From the NCBI RefSeq assembly GCF_044704955.1, contig NC_091981.1, positions 178,002,001 to 178,066,000 on the forward strand: 64,000 nucleotides of DNA, given 5' to 3'. The DNA is from Pristiophorus japonicus (Eukaryota). The position numbers were made by a program, and so were the translations under genes. The notes beneath the pieces are model-generated. The model was not told the origin of the DNA and ran no database searches. It worked only from the letters and a program-made list of their open reading frames with translations. Each line of letters starts with the position of its first letter. The stretch's first letter is position 1. This document shows, piece after piece, positions 13,901-24,193 of this stretch.

Positions 13901-14061
13901 GGTCTGGGTGCTCTTTGCCTTTCCGTCATTGTTCATAGGTTTATATGTAACCTTTAGGGCTGCTGACCAAGGGCCGTGCGGCTCTTTGTCAGCTGGCGCG
14001 GACACAATGGGCCGAAATGGCCTACTTCTGCGCTGTAAATTTCTATGTTTCTATGTTTCTA
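10950..14061 (+). mobile_element. CR1 LINE, most of ORF2 (APE + RT) with stops and frameshifts, long 3' UTR
   Basis: APE motifs GMYYRP, VGDFNYP and VLDLVLGNE; RT motifs [38 protein letters not shown] and KFADDTK. Ends in (tttctatg)n. It interrupts an older minus-strand CR1 relic (about 10710-10900 and 14065-14270). Confidence 0.9.
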
Positions 14062-16150
14062 ATTGCGATTATTTTTTTTAATTGGTTGACAGCCCTAATT
14101 TATTTCCTGTCTCTATTTTAAGTTCCAAAATGTATTGCATTATATTTTACGGATCAAACTGCACCAGCCATGTATCTGCCCATCCGGCCATCATATCTAT
14201 ATCCTCTTGCAGTCCATCTTAACCCTGGTCACAATTTATCACACCCAATTTTGTGTCAGTGGCAAAATTCATTGTGGGTCAAATGTTATTTTCTTAGGAA
14301 CTATTTTACCTTTTATTTTATTCAATTTTATTTACTGTGTGAGTTGTTGTCTCTCTACATGTCAGAAGGAGGTAAATAAAATAATGAATGAAAATTCATA
14401 TCAGTTCAGAAACCTGGATGTTCATTTACTATTGATGTTTCGATCTCAATGGCTCGGGCATAGCTGGAGTACCTGTAATTAATTTTGCGTCTAAAGTGCT
14501 TCACCTGAAAATAAATATGAAATGGAAAGCAACAGACGGAAAGACCACAGCCTAATATTATTAATTTTCAGAACTGCCATAAGCTTTCCACATGAGCTCT
14601 GTCAAACAAAGGCCAAGTTACCCCAGGCTGGTCTGCTAGCAGTTAGTTAACAGCATTATTGGCAGCAGCCTGGCAAAATGTCACCTCTCCTCCTCATAGT
14701 CAGACAAAGAAGGGGGAGAGTGGAAGTACACAAAAAAATTTATTATTGTAAAGTTGCAAACTTTCTGTAAAAAGAAAATATTGCACAATGGAAAACATGA
14801 GAGATTTGCTACAGTAATTTTTAACATAATAACCTTCCCATAAATTTGGATTTGCTTGCCACAAACAAACCTAAGTATCATACAGTGGAACCCACTGGTG
14901 TTTATATGCTCCAGCTTGTCTATTTTTACTTGTCAAAATTTACAAAAAGCTAATGGGTAAACTCCACTTTATGGACTATTGTATAAAATACAGACAGTTC
15001 ATGGTTAATTTGATTTCCCATAATGGAACATAAGACTGTGGCTACAAGGAGAAATGATGCATCTCATTTCCACATTTCTGAGATTGGGGGTAAATATTTC
15101 CAGATTCTAGAATAATGTGGTGACAGTTAAAGCATTTCCTTTCCATCTTGGAAGTATGTTTTCCCCCATTTTCTAATTTTAGTAAAAAACGATATTCAAT
15201 TATTAAAGCAAGTTGACATGCTTTATACCCACATCTACTTTTCATTAAAACTGCGAGCATAGGAAAATAGCCATTTATTATAGGTTTGAAACTCAATTCT
15301 GGTGCCTTTTATTTTATGGAGGGGAGGTGGGTTTTGTGCTAATTAAAGTGATAGCTGGGGAATGGAATACTTTTTCCAATTTTCTTAACCAGTGTCAGTC
15401 AGCCTGAAAAATCTCCCCAGTCAAGAAAACACACTCGGATGCAGAGCTTGCCTGAGATTTGGGATTAAGGTACATGTTGGAGTAGAATACTCCACATCTG
15501 GTTACACCATACATAATTGGTTTGAGGGTGCCAAAGCTCATTTTACTTAGGACTCGTACAGCCAGCAAACAGATTTCATCCCATCAGTGTGGGTTAGAAT
15601 GAAATGTAGGTCACTGAGGTGAAAGGGCATAGTGCTCACCCAGTACATCATGCAGACTCCCAAAGCCTTTTCTTCTTTGCACTGGTTTGTTTTGCATTTT
15701 TGAGGAGCAGGAGAAAGGAGAGGAGAGGAAAACAAGAGAAGAGAGAGGTGAAAGAAAGTGATTGGCCAATTCCAAACAGTTCCTAAGCAATTGTTAGTGG
15801 CAACCATGATTATAGTCTGTTGTTTTAATTCCTGGTGTGAATGTAGTAGAGCAGTATTTAGTTTGTGGCTATACAGCCTATAGCATCAATATTCCACATG
15901 TATAAAATGATTACAGTCTTAAGAGAGCACAATGTTGCAGAATCTGATTTGAGGACATAAATAAACTTCTTACCATGAGTTTCATAGCCTTCTGGAAGAG
16001 AAACTAAAAAAGAGCTTCCTGCAAGGAATGTTAAGGAGATGACTACCCTTGTCAAATCAGTTCTTTAAATACGCATAGTCATAACAGGGATTGCACAACT
16101 GTAGAATAAAGGAAGATGGTAAGTTCCAAATGCTTGTTTATGAGAAGAAG

Positions 16151-16525
16151 GGAATGGCAGCTTGGTGGTTATGTTATTGAACTAGTAATCCAGAGACCTA
16201 GACTAATGATCTGGAGACATGAGTTCAAATCCCACAGCAGCTGGGGAATTTAAATTCAAATAATTAAATAAATCTGGAATAAAAAGCTTGTTGCAGTAAT
16301 GTAAAAACCCCATCTGGTTCACTAATGTCCTTTAGGGAAGGAAATCTGCCATCCTTACCCAGTCTGGCCTACATGTGACCCCAGACCCACAACAATGTGC
16401 TTGAAATGGCCTATCAGTTGTATTCAAGAAAGGCAGCTCACCACCACTTCTTGAGGGCAATTTGGGATTGGCAATAAAAGTTGGCCTTGCTGGTGATGCC
16501 CACATCCTGTGAATGAATAAAAAAA
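16151..16525 (+). mobile_element. tRNA-headed SINE with CR1-like tail
   Basis: A-box-like tggtggttatg and B-box gagttcaaatccc. The body matches 9467-9660, the tail matches about 10608-10705, and it ends in an A-rich run. Confidence 0.75.
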
Positions 16526-18486
16526 GGATAAACTGGTCAAACTCTAGTTTAAGGGTCTTGATGATTATGAAAAGCTGTTCTAATTCACTCTTTTCTGTGA
16601 GATAGCTTACATTTAGCAGGGGACTTGAACATACTTTAATAAATTAACTATCAATCTTTCACACTTGCGCTGATACGAACAATTTAGAAGGCAGCTCTAC
16701 TGAGATGTTTTAAACTGCTGTTTTTTACAAGATTGGGACAAAATTATTATTTGAATGAGAAAATTTGACCTCGGTGGAAATAATATGTGCATTAAAATGA
16801 CAAGAGAAGCCACCTCATTAACACTCCCTGTAGGAAATCGGCTATCAGTCTCTCTTCCAGGATGAAATGAAACTCATCAGTTTAATGACCAAGCATTTGA
16901 ATCCGAGTGAAATGCAATTTGTGCAGGTCTGTTTCATAGCTTTGTATCATTAGAGGCTGATAAAATGGGACTATATATACAAAAACTGTACACAACACAT
17001 GAAGGATATCACATGGGTTGAAGTCTGACACAGGAGGAACACAGTTTTAATGGGCGAAAACCATGAGACCAAAGGGCAGTTTATAAACCGCATCTGAACC
17101 CTAAGGTTGCATCAATGAAACTGTTCAACCTGCATCACTCTTCAAGTGGCATTCGGAAATGATTTTATTTTAGTTTCAGTGATTAATTCTCAAATGAAGG
17201 CTGATGGCAGATGCCATGCAAGCAGCAGCAAACTGCAGGTCTGGACATCAAAATCAAGTATTTGAACTGGAGTGAGAATCATGCTTTATTTATAGCAGAC
17301 CAGCATATCATACACGTTAGATTAAAGCTTTGTAGCCATGTCTTTTTCCAATACAGCCCTAGAATTCGCCAACAAAATAAGCTTTTTTTTATACAAGGGC
17401 TCCATAAAGAAGTTGTGGTATTCAAGAGATGTTGGTCATCTGCTACAAAAGGAAGACATTCTAAAACTTACTAACCCCTCTTTTAAAAACCATTTAGAAA
17501 ATTCTAAACTACCCAAAAACACACCTCAAAATGTCCTAACAATGTAGCTGTTCTTTCCATGGACATCTTGTCCATTTCCAGCATTTTCTGTCTTTACTTA
17601 TGGGGAAATTTTCCAAGACTCCATTGGTGGCACATAGCCTCAAGGGCAGTGGTCAGGAAATTAGGCCCTCAGCTATACTTCCCACTGTGTCTGATTTCCC
17701 AATCATCGATTACTTTGCACTTGCATGAACTCCTTATTACATTTTACTCTATGTATTATGTTTTGCTGGGTCGTCATCAATGTTTGATTCCACCAACAAT
17801 ACACGCATTATTTTTGGTGGCTTTGACTTTGCGGCTTACACTGGGGTAATGATGGGTATTCCTTTGAGGTTCTGATTGCACTGCATAACTTGAGATGAGG
17901 AAGATGGGTTTGTGAGCTGCTGTGACAAAAATATACTTCTGTTTGTATGAAGTTTTAATTTCCATTGCTAAAAACAGCATGTAAGGTGTTAATATTCATG
18001 ATAACACTATGGAGGTGAAATTTGATAAGGCACAAAAACGGGCGCGGGTACCGCAATATGAGATATGCCCACAGCTGCCAATTTGTTGCTGTCTGCTAAT
18101 TAACATGATAGGAGCGCATAGCCTAGCGATGAACACACTGCAGACTGGCAGTGCACTCAGCAAGGGGCCGAAGTTTGCATAGCTGGAGTGAAGCTAGCTT
18201 TATTTAAAGCTAGCCTGCTGCTTTTCAAGGCAGTCTCCAGCTCTTAAAGCTGAATTGCCTTCTGCACATAAAAGATGGGAAAAGTACTTCAGTATTAACA
18301 CAAGTGGCTCAACAGGCCAGGGAAAGGGCACCCAGGGTCTTAGAATGGTTACAGCACAGAAGGAGACCATTTGGCCCATCAAGCCTGTGCCGGCTCTCTG
18401 CAACAGCACTTCAGCTAATCCCACTCACCTGCCCTTCCCCCGTAGCCCTGCAGCACTCCAGCTCTGTGCAGAGAGTCAACACTACA

Positions 18487-19015
18487 TTATCATCATAGGC
18501 AGGCCCTCAAAATCGAGGAAGACTTGCTTCCACTCTAAAAGTGAGTTCTCAGGTGGTTGTACAGACCAATGTGCGAATTATAGTCTCTGTCACAGATGGG
18601 GCAGACAGTGGTTGAAGGAACCGAGACTTTGCTTCGACGTGAGTGTCCTCAATTCCATCCCACAGCATGCTACCAGCCACCATCTCAGCAAAACCCCAGC
18701 CCTGCACGAGGTAGAAAAGGCCACCCATCAACTCAAGAACAACAAGGCATCAGGAGCAGATGGAATCCCTGCCAAGGCACTAAAGTATGATGGAGAAGCA
18801 CTATTATCATGAATGCATGATCTCAGCTCTCTTATCTGGAAGGAGGAGAGCATGCCAAGAGATCTCAGAGATGCCGTAATCGTGACCATCTTCAAAAAAG
18901 GAGACAAGTCCGACTGCGGTAACTACAGAGGAATCTCCCTGCTGTCGGCCACTGGAAAAGTCATTGCAAGAATCCTCCTCAATCATCTTCTCCCTGTGGT
19001 TGAAGAGCTCCTCCC
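18487..19015. mobile_element. RTE-clade LINE fragment with 5' inversion
   Basis: About 18487-18620 is the RTE 3' tail in minus orientation, starting with (cat)n. About 18620-19015 is RT in plus orientation: LKNNKASGADGIP, DAVIVTIFKKGDKSDCGNYRGISLLS. Confidence 0.75.
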
Positions 19016-19039
19016 AACACCACAAGAGAGGTTCTCTTC

Positions 19040-20830
19040 CCACGAGGGCCAGAAGGCCCTCCAGAAAGAAGGATATGGGATCAGATCGCCCAGGTGCGGT
19101 CATTACCAGCAGTGCCGCCCCCCCCAGGACCTGTCTCCAGTGCCCGAATACATTTCATGGCCTCAGACAAGTGATCAAGTTCAGTGAATACATCTTCAAG
19201 ATCTGACTCCTATTCACTGCACCACACACTGTCACCGACCCCCCCCCCCCCACTCACCTACCAACAATCTCTACCAAACATGAGGCACACCTCACATTCC
19301 TAGCTTCATCTCAGCCGCTTGGAGGAGACAGTGCTGGCCATTCTTGGTAGGGGCATGGCTGAGCCCTTGGCCAGTGGCAGGGCTGAAAGAATACAAGATG
19401 TTGGCGTCCTCATGTTATCCTCCTTTTCACATCCCACTTCGCCCTCATCTCACAATTTCTTCTGATTTATAACCTGAACATGTAAGCATGCACCTCTTGC
19501 TCCTCCCCTCACCATAACCCTACCCTTGTGCCTTCCTAATTTCAGACACCCAAGAAATCCAGCCTGCTCAGCCAATGATTGGCCACGAAGAGGGAGAGGA
19601 GTGATGAAGGAGAAGAAACACCATCACTCGATTTCACACTCGTACTGCCTGCTTATTATAATAATTGTTATGTGCAGCAGGATCTGCACATGGTGAGACA
19701 CCGGGCACAAATGCGTTGGAGCCAGGACAGGAGGAAAGGTTAGCGCAGGTGCTAGCTTGCTGGAGGGTGAGGTCGCACACTCGTTTTGCTGCAGAGGACT
19801 CAGATGAGGACTTCGATGGGCCAGGCCACAGAAGGCAGCTGATGGGTGTACACACCCAGATGTTTGGTGCACTGGAAAGCCTGCCGGAAAGTCCGCGCTG
19901 AATATCAAGGAGCATGGAGAAGTCCAGCACCAATTTGGCACAGGGCTTTGCGCAGAGATTGGAGCCCATCCTTTCCAACATGGAATGGGTAGCTACCTCC
20001 ATCAACACATCTGTTGAGCCAACCATGATGCAGCACCTGATGGCCGTTGTCTCAGCTTCCATTGCAGCAGAAGAGTATCCACCCAATGTCTGAATGCTGC
20101 AGTGGAAGCTCAGACTGCTGCCATCATGGCTCTCGATGCCAGTGTGCAAAGGGGCCTCCAGGACATCACAGCACTATAGCAATCTGTGTTCCGGCAGATC
20201 TGCTCCTTAATGACCCTCTGCGGATATAGCCTCTGATGAGAGCCCTTACGCACCCCCTCCTTCCTCTTCAAGTAGCTTGTCCTGTTCTGTGTGGCCTCTG
20301 CTCATACTTCCAGTCATGCGCATGGCCAAGAGGAAGCCCTACTAGACCACCCATGTCTATAAGCAACTGGTTTGTGCACAAGCCTTTAAGTCACCACTAA
20401 AGTACTTCCGCACCAGCCAGACCACTCCCTGCAGACTATTGAAACTTTGAACAAGTATGGAAAAGCACCCAAAATGTGTAAAATTGCAGTAACACCCGGA
20501 AGAAATAATCCAGCAACCTATAGTTAATGATCCCTTTACATAGTGTTGGTGGGGGTGGGGGGTCCTTCGTGCCATTGAATGCGTGTTAAGTTGTTGGAGG
20601 TTAAGAGAGGGTGTCGGCCAGAGCGTGGATCTCCAAAATGGCAGTGCTGGCGTCAAATCAATGTTGCATGCTGACTGACGTCATGATCTGCCTACTCTGC
20701 ATACTGCCGGTGGTTGTTGGTGCATGTGCTAACCCCTTTACAAATATGTTGGCCAAAAAACGGTGCTACAGAGCCACATTTCATCACTCCCATCTTGTGA
20801 AGCAATGGCCTATTTAGGCTGAAGGCCACA
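19040..20830. mobile_element. Decayed Harbinger-type transposon remnant
   Basis: Plus-strand Myb/SANT-like remnant (WDQIA..., RTCLQCPNTFHGLRQVIK) near 19060-19185. A minus-strand segment near 20210-20356 resembles the basic N-terminus of a Harbinger transposase. Confidence 0.45.
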
Positions 20831-22319
20831 CTCCAGTAAATGTACAGGTGCTAGCTGCATGGATGGAGCTTGCTAACCAAGTTAATGCAGTCATCCAGCT
20901 CCCTCATACTTGGCTGCAAATGAGAAAGGCATTTGTTGGTATCAGGAGCAAGGAGAAAGTGAATGTACTCCCTGTGTTCAAAGTTCTTGTGGAGCCCATG
21001 GCACCAAATTAAATTGTCTATGTTGCACCAACTCTAGTTGAAACTCTCAATCACTCAGTTGAAATTCTCAATCTTTTACTTTTTCCTCTGTTGCCAAATA
21101 AGATAACGAATTATTTCTTTAATTCTTTCTGAACTCAGGATTATTTTATCACTCTTTGTTACTGTTCAAATGTTAAACTTTTAAGTTGTCTTCAGTCTAT
21201 GATTGTTGTCCAGATCCCAGTAAACTTCTCCCACCCTCATGCTTTTTTTTAATACTTTAGATTCAGCGTCACCAGCCATCCATAAGCCACTGGTCAGAAG
21301 CAGACCTTGCGTCCCCTTTAATTCAGGCAGCACCCTTTCTGCCCAATATCTAGGTAAATGGTAGCAATACCCTGAAATCAAAACAGTAACCTTTACTCAA
21401 TATACCAGCTACTGGGCTGTATCACATGCCACTACATGATTCTGCACTCAGAAAGTGGACTGGATCAACTCTCTTACCTGAGGGTCTTTGTCATTCAGGC
21501 ACGGGACCAACAAGTGGTTTTATTTATTTAAGACAGATGATTGAACAGTAAACTGTATAACACCATGAAACATACCTCATTTTACCCTCATGAATATGTA
21601 AAGTAATGCATATACCACTTACTTTCTAAATATAAGCTGTAGGATCCGGTCCTCCTTCCCAACGGCAAAAATTGGACTATTGAATATAAAAACGCAGAAC
21701 TGCGTTACAGCATGCAAAAAGAGCTGGGCAGGAAAGAGTTAATTCTTACATTTACAGCCAAACCATCAGACATCATGAAGGACAGGATATCTGCCATCGA
21801 GCTGAATCACCAGACAATGGCAGCCAAAGAGAGACATTCACACCTTCAATGGTTTCCTGCCTGAAAAGATACAGGAACATTTATATATTCATTTACCATA
21901 AGGGGTTACATTGTTTAAAGAACGTACCCTGGACTGTGGCTCCAGAAAGGCTGGTGTCAAGGTAGGCCTAGACAATGGACCGGACCCTGAGCCACGCAGA
22001 TATGAATACTAATAGAAAACTAACCTTGTAAAGGATCTCATAACTATCATGAACAATGACTCCAGATGGGAAACAATTAGCCATCAAGAGTTCACATTTG
22101 ATGCGGCCATCATATTCAATCTGTTCCAAGATGCAGCCATCATATTCATTTGATGCGGTCATCATGTTAAATCTGTTCTAAGATTGCAAGTGGGTTTTTG
22201 GGATAAAGAAGACCCATTGTCAAAGGCCAGCAGCAGCAGAATACTTTGCTTGAAAGAAAGTGCTATTGCCTGAGGCTTTGCCTGAAAGAAAGTGCTGCCT
22301 CTTTTCATGCATTGCTTTC

Positions 22320-22362
22320 TCGCTTCTCGGCCTTTTGGCTAAGATTGAGTGTAGTATCTGTT
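22320..22362 (+). ncRNA. U2 snRNA 5' fragment (nt 2-44), embedded in the Tx1 5' UTR; not a U2 gene
   Basis: TCGCTTCTCGGCCTTTTGGCTAAGATTGAGTGTAGTATCTGTT versus vertebrate U2 TCGCTTCTCGGCCTTTTGGCTAAGATCAAGTGTAGTATCTGTT is 41/43 identical. It includes stem-loop I and the branch-point recognition sequence GTAGTA. Confidence 0.9.
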
Positions 22363-22604
22363 GATTGGGCATTTATATGCAAATTGACTGATTTGCAGAA
22401 ATTTGGTTTTTCTAGTTTTGCTGGCTCTGGCCTTTGGCTTGAGCCAAGCGCCAATTGGAGAGAAGAGGAAAATCTGCATGTTGACCGACCATTCGGCGGG
22501 CCTGCAGGCCTGTCAGGGGGCGGGCCTCAAGCCCCGGACTGGCGCAACGACAGATTGAGGACTTTGGCCAAAATACACATCGAAAGGAGGAATCTGCAAC
22601 CCGG

Positions 22605-24193
22605 ATGGCGGCCAACTGAGCGGCGAACCAGGGTGTCAGAAACACCATCCGAGTGACGGTAAAGAAAGTGGATGGACAGACAACCATCAACCGGGACCTG
22701 TTCGTGAAGAAAATCCTGCTGGGAACATGTGGCATGAAAGTCGCCGACATCTTCGCCTTCCGAAGAGAGGTTATTTCGATGTGACCTTCAGAACCGTCGC
22801 CCTCTGCCTGAAGTTCCTCAAGGGTTTGAAGGAGGCCAGTGAACCGCTGCATTCAGTGCTAACTTGGGAGCCACTCTTCACCCTCCCATCGCAGAGAAGA
22901 CGCACTATCACAGTGCAGATGTACAACCCCCACTTCCCGGTCATTGATGTGCTGACTTTCCTCGACAGGTATGTCGATGGGGCAGGAAACAGCAGCGATG
23001 TGAAAGACTTGCACGGGATATGGACCAGAAAACGCCAGATCCAGATCACCATGAAGGTGGACGCCAGCGGAACCATCCTGCACCTCCCCTCCAGCTTTGC
23101 CATCGGAGGAAGTCGGGGCTACATGGTGTACGCTGGCCAACCCAACGTGTGCCGCACCTGTGGGAAGGCAGGCCATGTGGCAGCAAGCTGCAAAACTCTC
23201 ATCTGCCGAAACTGCAACAACCAAGGCCACCAGACAAAGGACTGTAAGGAGACCAAGTGCTGCAACCTCTGTGGTCTGGCTGGGCACCTTTACAAAAACT
23301 GCCCCAAACGCAACTTCAGCTATGCGCAGGCAGCAAAGAACATTGCACCAGAGGAGGAGGAAGCTGAGGAACACAACGCTCCAGAGGAGAGCCACACCCT
23401 CCACCCGACCAACGCCCCCATGAACTCGGAACAAGTCGGCGAGGAAGAGAAGCCTGGCACGGTGAGCTGCGAGACACCAGCAGCCAGCAGCGAACCTCTC
23501 CCCCAGCGCAACGAGTCCAGCAACGAGGAGACAGCAGACGATGAAGCGGGATGGAAGACCATCAAGAAAAAGGCCCGCAAGCGTAAGGACAACAGGCGAG
23601 CAAGGGCCCCTGCGGAAACAACAGGGAAGAGGCGACTACATACCTCGTCAGACAGCAGCGGCGGCAGCTCGTCTGATGAGGAAAGGCGAGATAAAGCCTC
23701 TCACCACCGACACCAAAGCAAGAGGCAACACGCCAACCCACAGCCACAGGCGACCGGGAGCAGTGAAGCGACCAACACAGCCCTGCTCCAGGAACCCGCG
23801 AGCAGCGAAGCGCCCAGCGCACATGAGCTCCGGAACACCGAGAGCGAACCAGCGACCAACGCAGACCAGCTCCGGGAGAACGGGAGCAGCGAAGTGCCCA
23901 GCACACCCCACCTCCAAAATACCGGGAGCGACACAGCGATCGAAGCACACCAGCTCGAGAACGCTGTGACTTATGAAAAGAGGGAACCACCAACACCAGG
24001 CGAGGACAGTGGAGAGGACATATCGGACTTTATCGCAACACTAGAGCATTCCCCTGGTCGAAACACTCCCACGGCAGAGGATGACGAGCACACCAGCCCA
24101 GGTGAAGTAGACTTTTATTGTAATCGCCTATATATTCCGGAACCGGCCACTAGGCAGACCTCAGACTTAAAGGACGATTTACTTGAAGTGTAA
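22605..24193 (+). pseudogene. Tx1 ORF1 (ZCCHC3-like gag/zinc-knuckle protein), disrupted
   Basis: ATG at 22605 gives MAAN*AANQGVRNTIRVTVKK...DIFAF. A frameshift near 22770 leads into PKRGYFDVTF...CRTCGKAGHVAASC, CRNCNNQGHQTKDC, CNLCGLAGHLYKNC. TAA at 24191-24193. Confidence 0.85.

Noticed and set aside
22241-22260. ATACTT at the element's 5' edge resembling the U1 snRNA 5' end
   Set aside because: Only 6 nt match ATACTTACCTGG before it diverges, and the first A belongs to the TSD.
22320-22362. A functional U2 snRNA gene, or a Keno-type insertion into a U2 gene at this locus
   Set aside because: Only nt 2-44 are present. There is no Sm site or 3' stem-loops, no recognisable PSE upstream, and no U2 sequence after the element's 3' end.
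22727-24193. Host ZCCHC3 gene
   Set aside because: It is ORF1 of a TSD-bounded LINE, directly followed by ORF2, and is disrupted at its N-terminus.
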